Source: Glaucostegus cemiculus
Lineage: Eukaryota
DNA: 64,000 bases
Reading direction: 5' to 3'
Assembly: GCA_976551045.1 (NCBI GenBank)
Contig: CDPCPM010000015.1
Span: forward strand, 1,984,001 to 2,048,000
The position numbers and the translations under genes are program-made. The notes beneath the pieces are model-generated. The model did not search any database. It was not told the DNA's origin and saw only the letters and a program-made list of their open reading frames with translations. This document shows positions 1-12,844 of the stretch, piece by piece (positions within the stretch are counted from its first letter, which is position 1; each line of letters begins with the position of its first letter).

Positions 1-71
1 ACCACTTGAAGTCAGACAGAACCAGTATTTATTCCAATACTGTTTCTGAGGGAACAGTGAATGTAGGTGCA

Positions 72-156
72 GTGTGTGCGTGTGTGTGTGTGCGTGCGTG
101 CGTGCGTGCTTGCGTGCGCGCGCGTGCGTGCGTGCGTGCGTGCGTGCGTGTGTGTA
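72..156. repeat. (GT)n/(GCGT)n microsatellite
   Basis: Direct reading; alternating purine-pyrimidine. Confidence 0.97.
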
Positions 157-609
157 TTTACAGTCCATGTGGGTGGGCAGAGAGTCTTGGTGCCCAGTGA
201 GCTTGCATGCACAGTGAACGTAGGGGTATATGAATTGTGGGATGTTCACAATGTGGGAGGCGCAGAGTTGGGTTTAGCATATAGTGCAGATACAGTAGGT
301 GTGCAAGGTGTTGGTCTGTAAGAGAGTGAGGAGGGACACAGAGCGTGAGGAGGAACACAAAGCCTGAGAAGGAACACAGAGTAGGGAGAGTCACAGAGAG
401 CAAGAAGGGACACAGAGAGTCAGGGGACAGAGAGTTGGGGTGGGGGTCAATCCCGTCTCATCAATAGCGACCAAAACTTCACCAGGTGCTCCACATGATG
501 TTTCACAACAGCCCAGTGCACTCTCAGCTGGACTGCAATTCCACCTCTCCTGCAATAAAGAACAACATCCAAACTCTTGGCCTCCTCTACAGTTTACTTC
601 CTGAAGTCA

Positions 610-990
610 GTGCAGTACTGGTTCACTGGATTGATTCCTAGGATGAGGAATTGTTCAAAGAAAGAGATTGAGTTAAATTGGTCCTTATTCACTGTAGTGT
701 TGGAGAGTGAGAGTCATCTCCTTAGGACACACAGGAGACTAGGAGCAATCGATATGGTGAATGCCAATGTGTTGTTTCCACAGGCCAGAGAGTGGAATGA
801 AAAACATTTAGGATTAGCAAGAATTTCACCTTAGTGATAGTTGTGAATCTTTGGCATTCTCCCCTCTGGAAGGCTGTGAGTCCTCAGTTCCTTCAGCATA
901 TTTAAGGCTAAGGCCGATAGATCTCTGGACACTCAGAGAATATGGGACTGGATGAGAAAGTGGACAAGACACAGAGCAGCTCATTCCTCA
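610..990 (+). mobile_element. Old CR1 3' fragment
   Basis: VQYWFTGLIPRMR.. and gttgtgaatctttggcattctc..aaggctgtg CR1 motifs. Confidence 0.65.
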
Positions 991-1199
991 TATCAATCCC
1001 TTCACTGACCTCTACCAGTGGCTTAATGCACTGTATAACAAGGCCCAAAGCAACCTGAGGACGTTTTTGACTATCAGTCCTTGTTTCATTTTTTCTTTCA
1101 TTTGCACAGTGTTGCTTGGTGGGCATGTCCCTATAGGTCAGACTATACAACATTAGCTGGTCTTCACGACACACTGCCCATTGAATGACCACAATGTTT

Positions 1200-1420
1200 C
1201 ACACTATTATAGCTATTCCCTGTGTTCCACCCATTGCCATTCCCACCTTCTCTACTACCTAAACTAACTTGTCATCTCTCTTTCTTAGTTCTGATGAAGG
1301 GTCTTTGACCTGAAATGTTAACTCTTTCTCTTTCCACAGATGCCGCCTGACCTGTTAAATGTTTCCAGTATTTTCTGTTTTTATTTCAGATGACCAGCAT
1401 CTGCAAGTTTTTTTGATTTT
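1200..1420 (+). mobile_element. Penelope-like terminal repeat with minimal hammerhead ribozyme motif (1287-1323)
   Basis: AGTT-CTGATGA-A-GGGTC-ttt-GACCT-GAAA-TGTT-AACT, followed by the shared cagatgc.gcctgacctg.t.a.tgtttccag block. Confidence 0.7.
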
Positions 1421-4400
1421 TGCTGAATAGCTGGGATCACATTGAACACAGGAGCAGGCTTGAGGGGCCAATTGAGTAGCTCCTGATACCGTTTCTTATG
1501 AATCTCACTATTTGTAATGAATGGTGTACAAATTCCATTTGGCTAATTTTTTGTGAGACTTCTGGACCCAATGTACTTCTGGCCCCTAGACAGGTGTGAG
1601 AGAGCACTGAGCTGCCAAATCCTGTCCTCTGGATCTGTGGGAGCCAAAGGCTCCTCATAAACCTCAAAAGGATCAATGACGTAATTTACTTTATAGCCAG
1701 ATTAATAAAGGTTGTAGCTAATTTTATAGGAGGCAAATTAGACATACTCCAATAACGGGGAACTGCCTTTCATTGGCCTTATCCCAATATATCAGATTTT
1801 AAATGGCAGAGGCTTCATTTTTACAGGATTCAGGAGAAAGAGGCTAGAATGCGTGGAGATTTTCACAACACTGTAGTTTTCTTGTGGCGGTCAGTTTTTG
1901 TGCCTGAGCACTGTTTCAGCTTTGACTCAGTGGGAGACACTCTCTTACCTATCCCCCAAGAGGGGAGGTTGTGGGTTCTAACACTGCTCCAAATCCTTGA
2001 GCGCAACAGGCTTGAATTGGTGGCTCTTGGATGAAAGGTTGTGGGAGCAGTAAAATAAAACTGTTCCAATCACTTCTTTGCATCAATTTGGCTCATGGTA
2101 AAACTATCCACCAAGGGTCAACATCTGTGGGACAGTCAAGACGAGTCCGGTGGGGTACAGGTGGTCCCCCACATTAAGGTCATTCGGGTAACAGAAATTT
2201 GCCTTTAATGGAATTCACCAATCACTACCCAAAACTTTGAGATGTAGAATAAAATTTGCTCCTACAGAATTTTGTGAAAAAAAAAATAATACACACAATT
2301 TTTTTCAACTCCTGTTCCTTTAAGCAGGTGCAGATAACGTGGCATGATGTGGACTGTTTTCTAGGAACTTGGGGGGGTCACCTGTAATTAAAGAATCTGT
2401 GTTTTATGCTTGGCCCTGGATGGCAGGTTCTTCAAGGATGGATGTGTCAAGCATCCAATGGCAAGACTGTTGGATGTTGAGACGGAGTGGGAGAGGGGCA
2501 CCAATATTTTGTGAAGTCACCTCAAGGGAGATGTCCAGCGGGGAGTTGGCAGCCCTTACGGACATAATCCATTTGGTCAATAGGAAGGTACAGAATAAAC
2601 CTGAATTTTAACATATCAATGAAATTTGGCTGCTGTAGTGTACATACTTAGTTAAACGGCCTGAAACTAATGTATTTGATCCATCAAAGGATCATGGATT
2701 CTTGGCAAGGACAGGATAGTTTAGATACAGAGTAAAGCTCCTTCAACACTGCCCCATCAAACACTCCCACAGCAGGGGCAACACAGATTGGACGCAGAGT
2801 GGAAGTCCTTTTCACTTCATGTCTTCATACACGACCAGGACAGGTATCGAAAACATTAGCATTAGACGCACAAAGTCAAAGAATCATTGTTCCAATGGAA
2901 AGAACCTTAGGTTATCTGATCCTTGCAGCTAAAATTTTACATTCCTGGCCATATCTTCATAAATTTCAGCACCCACTTCAGTCCAATCTGTATTTTGGTG
3001 GCCAGACCTGAACCCAGTACTCAACCTGTGGCTTAACCAGTGTTGTATATAATTTCAGTATAATTTCCCTGCCTTATAATTCTATGCCTTGGCTAATAAA
3101 GGGAAACCTCCCATATCCCTTTTTAACCACCATTTTGTTATTCCATGCTACCTGTAGGAATCCGCAGACAATACACGCTCAGATCCCTCTGTTCTTCCTC
3201 AAGGGTCAATGTCTACAATACCTACACCAGCCTGTGTCGTCAAAGGTGCTCAGAAGCAGGCTCACAGAAAGCCATTGAATATTCTGGAACTGCCACCCAG
3301 ACTGGTGTGGCACATTAATGGACATCACACGCAGACTCCTGGTTCTCGCTGGGGTCATTCATCAGGGGCACAGAGGAAACCACAATGAAAATGGCCAACT
3401 TTGTGCAACTTGCAAGTCCCAATCTTCATTAATGTTTAATCTTTTACAGAAGTTGTATCACAAACGCACAGCTTAATCTTTCAGCACACACCAGAGAATG
3501 TAAGGAGGTGAAGGCAGAGAGGGATCTGGGGGTTCAAAGAGTGATGGTGTGGTCAGTTAGTCACTAACTCTACCCTATGACCCCTGAGTACAGACTCTTA
3601 GCTGCTCAATCCAGCATTATCCTGATTCTAGGAAAGGCCAGATCACCCTGGATTGATCTAACTAAATGGTGCCCAATAAACACTAACCTTTTAATTAATT
3701 GTAACTGTTTGGTTCTAATTTAATTGCTTGGGGCTAAGTAATGGGTTTGGGTCTGGTTAGCTATTAGGCAGTACTGAGAAAGTGCTCACTGTCAGAGGTA
3801 CCGTTTGTAGGAAGAGGTAAACTGAGGCACCAGCAGCCTAGCCCTTGGATATAAAAGATGTTGGGGCATTGGTTTAAAAAGAGGAGACTTTGCTTGTGTC
3901 TGGCACTCTTTATGTCTTAATCAACATCATAAAACAATCAATCTTAGCATTATAATAAAAGGCACAGATTTAAATTCACCATTGACCTGTAACAACTGCT
4001 GTTTATCAAAAGAATTGTAAATTCCCATCACCATCTGTGTGGAGAGAGCTGGCTCTAAACTTCAGACTTTGCCCCACGTGCAGGACCCCTCCCTACTTGC
4101 GGGCTGCCCCCAGAACACTCGACGCAAAAGATGCGTTTAACTGTTCGTTTCAAGGCACATGTGACGAACAAAGATATCTTATCTTTTTCTCTGACTAGTT
4201 TCTCTCTATCCATCCCACAGGATGCTTTTAATATCTGAGAACTTTAACCAATCACCCCCTAACCTTTCAATTTCCATTGAATAAAACCCCATGTTATAAA
4301 CTAATCCTTGGAGATGAGATAACATTCTTGTAAATCTAATCTACTGTCCCTGAAAGGCCATCATTCCCTCCATGTGGAGAGAGGGCGGAGTTGTTCCTAG

Positions 4401-7394
4401 TGGTTTAGCCAGACCCTGTATCACTGAAGCAGAATATCTCCGGTCCTCTGATAGAGAGTGTGGCACCCAATCATCTGCCTTGATCATTTCGGTACCTGTC
4501 CATGATAATTAATGATTTACGCAGGTGGACCCCACTGTTTTTAGTCTCCAACCATTTTGAAAGACCTCTGTCTGCCCAGTTTTGGAGGATGGTGAGAAAT
4601 CATTCCCCATGTTGAAATTTTTATCTTAGATGGAGCCGAGTTAAGGATTCTTGGGATTCTGAAACTTCTGTGGCACTGATGAAGAGGCCTTTGACACAAA
4701 CCCCAATGCAAATCCTCCAACTCTCTTCTTTCCCAACCCCATCACTCTCACCCCTATCCACTCCATTCAACACCAACCCTGTCCTTGCCTCTTTTCCTTT
4801 CCTCCCAACCCCACCTCCAACTCCAGCCCCATTGCTGCCAACCCCTCCACTCTTATTCCCCAACTCCCTCCGCTCCATCACTTCCCTCCCAACCTATCCA
4901 CCTCCCCCCTACTCCATTCCCTCCCAAGCCTTCCCCTTCCCTCCCATGTACCAGATCACTTCCCTTCCAACTGACCCACCAACATCCTCCCACTAACCTC
5001 CCTCCCAAACCTATCACCTCATCCCCTTCTCTACCAACCCAGCACATACCCTCCAAACCAATTCACCAGTCCCCCACTCCTTTCTCTCTCAACACTTTCA
5101 CCTCCACCTCTCCAACCTCACTCCTTTCCCTTCCATTTCCCCAGTCAAAACAAGCCCAGTGGAAATGAATGAATCCTTTCCTCTGGACGTGGCAGCATTC
5201 TCTTCTCACCTCTGGGTCCAGTAGCCCTTGTGTTAATGGCAGCCCAGTTCACTTGGATCTTGCTGGTTGTAATTAACCATGGGCCTTTCTCCTGCCCTTC
5301 CATGGATAGCATCACTTAACTCATAGCAACATATTCTGGGGCTCCAGTGCCAATCTTTAGGTTTGGAGTTGAGGGTGTTGACAGTGTTACAATGTGCACA
5401 ATATTACTCTACACTGACTGGCACGAATAGGCTCAGTGGGGTGTGGAGCCAGCTTGATCCCAATCCAAACCCTATCAGTTTCCCAGTACCCACAGATTTT
5501 CCACTGACTGCCTGTTAGGGGCTAGGATTGTGCGGTAGGTGGGTGAAGGGCTGTGGCTCACTCTCAGATGCCTGGTGGGAGTGGCAAGCTTTCAGGTGAG
5601 ACTCACCAAGACTCCACCTTGCTCTCAGGTGGATGTAGGAGTTGTGATGGCAACGTGTGGACAGACCCAAGGGAGTTCTCCCCGGTGCCCTGGTGAATAA
5701 CTTATCCTGAAATTGTCATAATTTAAGTGCATTTTCTGGTCACTTTTCTACTTGTGGGATCCTGCTGTGTGAAAATCCGGATGACTGCCATTTGATCACA
5801 CTTTCAAATTATTTTGTTGTCTGTGAAGCTATTTGGAGTAGCCTGGAGTTGTGATAGGTGCTATAGGAATGCAAGGCTTGGGTTCTGGTTGTAATTCACC
5901 AATCCCACGGGAAATGGCCGGCAGTTATTGCCCATCCCTAGTTACCCCTGAACTGATCTGCTCACTTACCCATTTCAGAGGGCAGTGAAGAGGGGGTCTG
6001 GGTATGGGCAGCAGATTTCCTTCCTTAAATGCTAATAGTGAACCAAATGGGATTTTTAACAATAATTTGGTGATTTCATGGTCAGAATTATTGAGGCTAG
6101 CATTTTATTTGATTGAATTCCCAAGCTGCTGTTGTGAGATTTAAACTTGTGTCTCCAGATCTGGGCCTTGGATTGCTGGTCCAACTGCATAAGCACATCA
6201 CTGCAGTATCTTTAACAAGACCATGCTGAGATCTTGGGCACAAACAAGCAAATACAGCTGTGGTGTCCACCAGTAAAGTAGACCACTGGCATCAGCTGTC
6301 TACCTCAGTGCTGGCTAGTTCCAGATGGGTGAGGTAATGACTGCAGCCAGAGTTGGGAGCTCAGGAGCGTAGGTAGCAAAATGAGACAAGAAGGTAATAA
6401 AATGGTCACTAAAATAATAGGAATATTCAGATGCCAATAGGACCAGATGGAATGCGTCCAATAATAATCAAAGAAACAAAGGCTATAATAGTGGGAGCCA
6501 TGGCTGAAATATTTTGCAGCTCATTAAACATAAGGCAAGAACCAGATGAATGATTTAGGTTAAATTCTTTCTTGAAGCTCAGACGGCCAATTGTCTTGAC
6601 TGGTATAATGGAAAAAACATTGAAGGAAATAGCTTCAGCTACTTAACAAGAGCAAAGGTGATGTTTCTATGCCAACAAAGGTTTAAGAACAAAGGTCAGA
6701 TCCTTTAAAGATAAAACTTAATGTTGTGGATGCAAATACTTTGACAATATTTGATAAGGTGATGGATGAGATGCTTGTAACCAATTGGAGAGATCTTACA
6801 AAGAGATAGCATGTAGACAACAGGCCGGTGGCCTCAGTCTGTGCTGTATCACTCCATGAAACTAGGTGCTATCAGGGTTGGTCGATGAATTGTTTTTCAA
6901 CACTTTTAAACAGTGGTCAATGGGTGTCACTCTGACTGATCGCTCGGGCAAGTGGTGATAATGCTCAGAAGCAGTTTCCCAAAATGAAGAGACTAGGTCC
7001 CAGGACACGGTCCCAGGGCTGTTTAGCATATGTACCTTCACTCAGAGGGTTGGAATTCTTTACCCCAGACAGTGTGAATATTCAGTCACTGAGTATATTC
7101 AAAGGTGAGACAGTGGTCTCAAGAACTTAGTGGAAATAAGGATCAAGAGGGAAAAGGAATTAAGGCCACAAATTGCCAGATGACAGGGTAGTCTCAAGGA
7201 GCCACACAGAGGCAACTTCTTCAGTACCTCTAAGCACATTTTATAATGGGAGATCAGAACTCTTGATAGTACAGTATGATCCAACCAGAATATGACATAC
7301 CTAACAAGTTTTCTGATTTACAGTTTTATTCCCATTGAAATGACTCCCCCCCCCCCACCCCCAGTACTTGGTTTGATTTGTCGTTCAGTGATAG

Positions 7395-7690
7395 ATTAGA
7401 TTTCTTTATTAATCACATGTACATCGAAACACACAGTGGAATGCACCTTTGTGTAGAATGTTTTGGGGGCAGCCCACAAGTGTTGCCGTGCTTCTGGTGA
7501 CAACATAGCATGCCCACAACATCCTAACCCATACGTCTTTGGAATGGGGGAGGAAACCGGAGCACCCAGAGGAAACCCACACAGACATGGAGGGAACAGA
7601 CAAGCTCCTTACAGACAGTGGCTGGAATTGAACCTGGGTCACTAGTGCTGTAAAAGCATTACACTGACTGCTACTACTGTCCCTGGCCAC
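7395..7690 (-). mobile_element. tRNA-derived V-domain SINE, young subfamily with Rex1-like tail
   Basis: Reverse complement of the approximately 295-bp unit seen at 26253, 55348 and 59656. Confidence 0.9.
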
Positions 7691-7734
7691 ACACTACCGT
7701 GTCTGCTGATCTCTGTTGGCTTTGTGAAGGTTTG

Positions 7735-8342
7735 GTATTGGTATTAGTTTGGTCTATTATTGTCACTTGTACCGAGGTACAGTGAAAAGCTTTTCTTACA
7801 AACCGTTCGTACAGGTCAATTCATTACACAGTGCAGTTACATAGTTAGTACAAAGTGCATTGAAATAATACAGTGAAAAACAGTAACAGTACAGAATAAA
7901 GTGTCACAGCTACAGAGAAAGTGCAGTGCAATAAGGTGCAAGGTCGCACAAGGTAAAATGTGAGGTCACAGACCATCTCATTGTATAACGGAACCGTTCA
8001 ATAGTCTTATCACAGTGGGGAAGAAGCTGTCTTTAAGTCTGGTGGTGCGTGCCCTCAGGCTCCTGTATCTTCTACCCGATGGAAGAGGAGAAAGGAGAGA
8101 ATGTCCCAGATGAGTGGGGTCTTTGATTATGCTGGCTGCTACACCAAGAGAGGTAAAGACAGAGACCAAGGAGGGGAGGCTGGTGTCCGTGATGCGCTGG
8201 GCTGTGTCCACAACTCTCTGCAGCTTCTTGCAATCCTGGACAGAGCAGTTGCCATACCAAGCCATGATACAACCAGATAGGATACTTTCTATGGTGCATC
8301 GGTAAAAGCTGGTGAGAGTCAAAGGGGACATGCTAAATTTTG
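7735..8342 (-). mobile_element. Rex1/Babar-type LINE 3' end
   Basis: LTSFYRCTIESILSGCIMAWYGNCSVQDCKKLQRVVDTAQRIT..HSLLSPLPSGRRYRSLRARTTRLKDSFFPTVIRLLN is the typical Rex1 C-terminal region; tail tttcactgtacctcggtacaagtgacaataa. Confidence 0.9.
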
Positions 8343-9604
8343 AGTTTGGGTGTCTGGACACGATTATATCAACTGACTTTCAGGTTGTGCTGTTGGTTTC
8401 AGACACAAGACTTGAAACTGTTGGATGTGTGTTAATGAGAATAGTTATTGAAGTTTATTTGGCTCTACCGGAGACATTGATTTACTGAGACCTCCCAATT
8501 AACAACCCCTGAATGCCACCCCATCCACTACCTAAACATTCTCTCTCTCTCCCCACTGCTGGCACTCAGTGGCTACAGCGTGTACCATGGAAGTAATTCA
8601 CTGTTCCTCCATCATCACAGTGTGTAAATCCTGGAATTCCCTCCACAACAGCAACAGAAGGAGAAAGATTGCAGGGATTCAAGAAGGTAGCTCACCGTTA
8701 TGCTCACCAAGGTACTTAGGTTGGGCAATCAATGCTGGTCTTCCAGCATTGTCCACAAAACTGAACAATAAAGTAGCTAAATGGATATGAGGTGTAAAAA
8801 AAAGCCTTATTCGCCATTGGGTGGACCTACACATCAACACTATTCACTGTCAATACACTACATCAGCACTATGAACATAGTATTGTATAGGTAAGGTAGC
8901 CACCACCACATGGCTATCAATATATAGCCACATTGTACATCAATATTCTACCATGTCACTTTAGCCACTGCTATCCGCTTCAAAATCAGTGGAGCTATTT
9001 TCTACTTCATTAAAACTAATTGAGTTGAAAATATTATTGCTCTGTGGTTACTTGTAATCAAATGCCTGGACCACTGGTTCAGAGATACATGCTTGAATCC
9101 CACCATGTTAGAAGCAGAATATAAACGCTGTTGCATAAAATTGGATTAAAAGCCAGTATCAGAGAACAAATCAATAAAAGAATGAATAGTGTATCTGTAT
9201 GGAATACTAAGGGTTAAATTCCTTTTTCAACTCACTGCTGCAGATTATAAACTGCATGTTCATTATGTTTCATTCCTTGAAATAAAATGTAAAAATAAAT
9301 TGCTGTTTTCTTCTCCAAATCACAGTAGAAATGGGAGCATTAGAGGGCATCTGGCTGCTTTCAGCTACGCCTGAGCAACATCTGTGGGCAGCTGTGACAA
9401 TGCTGCAGATTATCTGAGGATGTTACCATGCCGACGCACAGCCTCATCCCCCCGTGCTGTGAGCCAGCGGCAGAGATGGGCAGGCTGACTGAATCTGGCA
9501 ATGCCCTCACTCAGAGCATCTGGCGTCCCGTGTGTGGATTGGGGCTGAGGCTGTTCCCTCTGGCAATCGGGACGGTTGGAAGGGGGTTTCAGGGCATGGC
9601 CTAC

Positions 9605-9713
9605 CTTTGTGATTGCCATGGCACAGCTGTAGCCTGCCATCTCGATCAGCTGCTGCTGTCCGAATCGGTATTCCTCATAGAGCTCCTTCTCCAGTTCCTT
9701 TGCCTCTTCTTTG
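9605..9713 (-). CDS. YJEFN3: Internal coding exon of YjeF N-terminal domain-containing protein 3 (homologous to NAXE exon 2)
   Basis: Minus strand reads ccttgtgtattccacag|C AAA GAA GAG...ATC ACA AAG|gtaggc. 109 nt, phase 2 to phase 0, encoding KEEAKELEKELYEEYRFGQQQLIEMAGYSCAMAITK. This aligns without gaps to NAXE [36 protein letters not shown], and YRFG.QQL.E is the YJEFN3-type signature. Confidence 0.9.
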
Positions 9714-10092
9714 CTGTGGAATACACAAGGAGGAGAAGGCGGTCAGAACACAAGCTCTGTCGCTCACAGTGACTCAGTGGGCAGCATCCTTACCCCTGAC
9801 TCAGAGTCACGGGTTCAAGACTTGTTCTAGACATATGAGCCCATAGAACAGGCCAACCCCTAGTGCACTTCAGAGGGACTACTGCACTGTCAGGGGTGCT
9901 GTCTGGGAGGGTAATCAAAAAAAAAAGCAGAGTTAGAGAGTCACAGATAGCTGAGGGATGGAGGAGAATGCAGAGTGAGGAAGGAGTGAGGCTATGGATA
10001 TAGATTAGAATTAGAAATGTAAAATCATGGATTGATTATGGACTGAGGAGCTCGAGTAAGAAGGCAACAAATGAAGTGAAGACTTGAGTTAT

Positions 10093-10415
10093 CGCAGTGG
10101 CTCAGCTTGTAGAGCTGCTGCCCCACAGCGCCAGAGACCCAGGTTCAATCCTGACCACCAGCGCTGTGCTGTGCCCTTTGACCGGGTGAGTTTCCTCCAG
10201 GTGCTCCAGTTTCCTCCCGCATCACAAAGATATGTGGATTGGTACGTTAAATGGCTGCTGTAAGTTGCCCTTAGAGCCTATGTGAGTAGCAGAATCAGTG
10301 TGTGCATGGCAGGGGGAGGGAGCTGATGGGATTGTGGGAAAATAGGTTAGAGTAAAAACGAGTGCTTGATGGTTGGCATGGATGGTGGGCCGAAGGGCTG
10401 TTTCTGTACTCCAAA
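10093..10415 (+). mobile_element. HE1-type SINE (elasmobranch V-SINE with CR1/HER1-like tail); other copies at 24195-24556 (-), 26652-27010 (+), 62155-62480 (+)
   Basis: gtggctcagc..agagctgctgccccacagcgccagagacccaggttcaatcctgacc head, V-core, and gggccgaagggctgtttctgt tail. Confidence 0.85.
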
Positions 10416-12844
10416 TGACGCTGTGTCTGAATCTTTTTAACTCTAAAGAGCCCTTATATTCAGGGGGAAGGCTTGATTAATTTACTCACTTTAAGATGAT
10501 TTTTCTATTAAGACTGACTACAGAGATAATTGCACAAGGCACAGTCTTCAAAGAAGGGAGATGAGAGAGCTCTAGGGAGGCTGAGTAACAACCTGTGCTT
10601 TCTTAAGGAGGGTGACTGAATGAGTTCCCAAGGCGATTGGTTTGGCGCTTGTTTTCTGAGGAGGAGGAGGAAGGAGAAGAGAGGATTCCAAAGTCTTAAA
10701 GCAGAAACCTGACCGGACCATTCCCAGGGAGAGGAGCTAACTGGCCAGTACAGTGAATTCCCAGGAGTCTCCAGAACACTACAGCGAGCAGCTTCCATGA
10801 GGGATAATCATGGCAGCGTGGAATTAAAATCACATGACAAAACATTCAGGGACAGGCCTAAAGACAACCAAAAAGAGCAGCACAGGTGGTGAGAAGATGT
10901 GGGAGGAGTGACACGGTGAGGGTACTTGGGGGAAGGAAAGATGGGGGTGGGATGTCACAGGGGAATGGTGCCAGGGGAATGGGGAATGGAGTGGGGAGCA
11001 GGGGCATATAGGGGAGAGAGGTAACATGGCAGGATGGGGGACATGGGGGAGATGGAAGCAGGAAGGCACGGGGAATGGGTTGACCTCGGGTGGGAAACAA
11101 TGGATGTGGAGACACAGAGGAGGAATTTGAGGCCTCAGGTGAGAGAAGGCAATTGGCAATGAGAAACAGGCAGGAAAGGGAGACAGAGGGAGGATCAGGG
11201 AAAGGAGACACAAGGGAAAGGGATGGGAATTCTAAACTAGGAAGACTAGAGGGAAAGTTTCTGGAAAGTAGGACTGGAAAAGGCTGGGGTAGGGGGATGG
11301 GCAGAAGTGGTGAGGAGTTGGTGCAGTGAGAAAGTGGATGGGTTAGAACATGAGTTCCAAGGAATTTTGCCAAAATTATTCCACCTCAGACAGAATGACT
11401 GTATTGTAACCTGGAAACTTTGATTACCCATATTCAGTGAGGTTCCTGTGGCAAAGGAACTGAACACTTCCTGGCTGAAGAGTTTGAAGTCGAATTGCTG
11501 GTGGAATGGAGAAAAGTTATAGCGTTCTGAAGAACAAGCTGGACCAGGAGCACAAAGCAGCTCTTTATCCAGCCACACCTCCAGTAACGTTCCAGCTCAA
11601 TGCAATCCAGGACAACCAGATCTGACAGAGTCCCCTATGCTTAACCAGCCATCCTTTCCACTCTCTGCAGTCTGCAACATCTTCCTGTTTATCCTCCAGA
11701 TCTAAGATCCCTACACCTCTGTAACTCTGATCTGTTGCACAGTCTCAGTTTTAATTGGCCCACCTATGACTATCATGTCCCAAGTTCCAAACTCTTGAAG
11801 CCACTCCCGCCCCCACCACCACCACCACATCCCCTGCGCCGTTTAAGATCATTGTTCCTTGACTGAGCTTTTGGTCACCTGACATTTTCTCTCCTGACAT
11901 GACAGCTCTGTGATAACTCTTTGGATGCTTTATTGCATTGAAGCTGCTATATAATGAAAGTTGCAGTTATTAACACCAAGCTAGATCAATATGCTTGCGG
12001 GAGCCTGGTACTGTGAGACAGAGAAATATCTGGTTCACCTTCCAACATCCTAGTAGTCAATCAATACTATAATGAGGTCATTGACTGATCTCAGTAATCA
12101 ATCTTGTCTACCACAGCCCCGGGAATGAGGTGCGGAGAGCCAATCAGGAGCACTTTGGGAAGAGGAGATTCAAACTTGCCCTGTTTCCCAGTAAATACAC
12201 TATAGCATGTAAATACTGACTCACAGTGAACACCAATTACCCTGATATTTGAAGCAGAAAATGATAGCTGACCTCTTCAAGTCTTTAATAATTATTTAAT
12301 TAGTCTTTGTTGTCTGTTTGTGAAAAATGCCAACCTCAGTACTGCTAGCAAGTGAAGCTCTCAGTGCAAGACCTGAGTCCCTTGCACCTTGTGAGGGGGA
12401 GTTTTATGATAACATTACATGCCAGGAATAGGTGAGTGAGGAGCTCTGCACCCCCGCTCAGTCTCGGCCTCTGCCCAGCAAGAGTCCTCTCTTATTTTCC
12501 GATGCCAAGCAAAGTTCCTTTCTCTTTACATTGCTGCACCTCCTGAGGTGCATAACATGGAAGAAAGTAAGGACTTGTACTTCTATGTCGATTTTGCATT
12601 CTCTGGACATCCCAGAGTCTTTTACAGCCAATGAAAGGTGCTCACTGATGTAATGTAGGAAATGGGAAACCCAATATACCCACAGGAGGGTGGGTTAATT
12701 AATGATATGAAAGCAGAAAATACTGGAACTAGTTCTGGTGAAACATCATCAATCTGAAATATTAACTCTACTTCTCTCACCACAGATGTTTCCTGGCTGC
12801 TGATGTTTCCAGAGTTTTCTGTTTTTATTTTTGATTTAGAAGAT

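Noticed and set aside
6-321. ORFs rich in CV/RA/HT repeats (also 20522-20835, 30163-30592, 60393-60674)
   Set aside because: Translations of microsatellites.
4621-5168. Long Pro/Ser- or Gly-rich ORFs (also 10830-11373, 45879-46379, 49399-49833)
   Set aside because: Low-complexity strand-biased DNA lacks stop codons by composition.
9605-9713. Calling this exon NAXE
   Set aside because: YRFGQQQLIE fits YJEFN3; NAXE has Y.[11 protein letters not shown].
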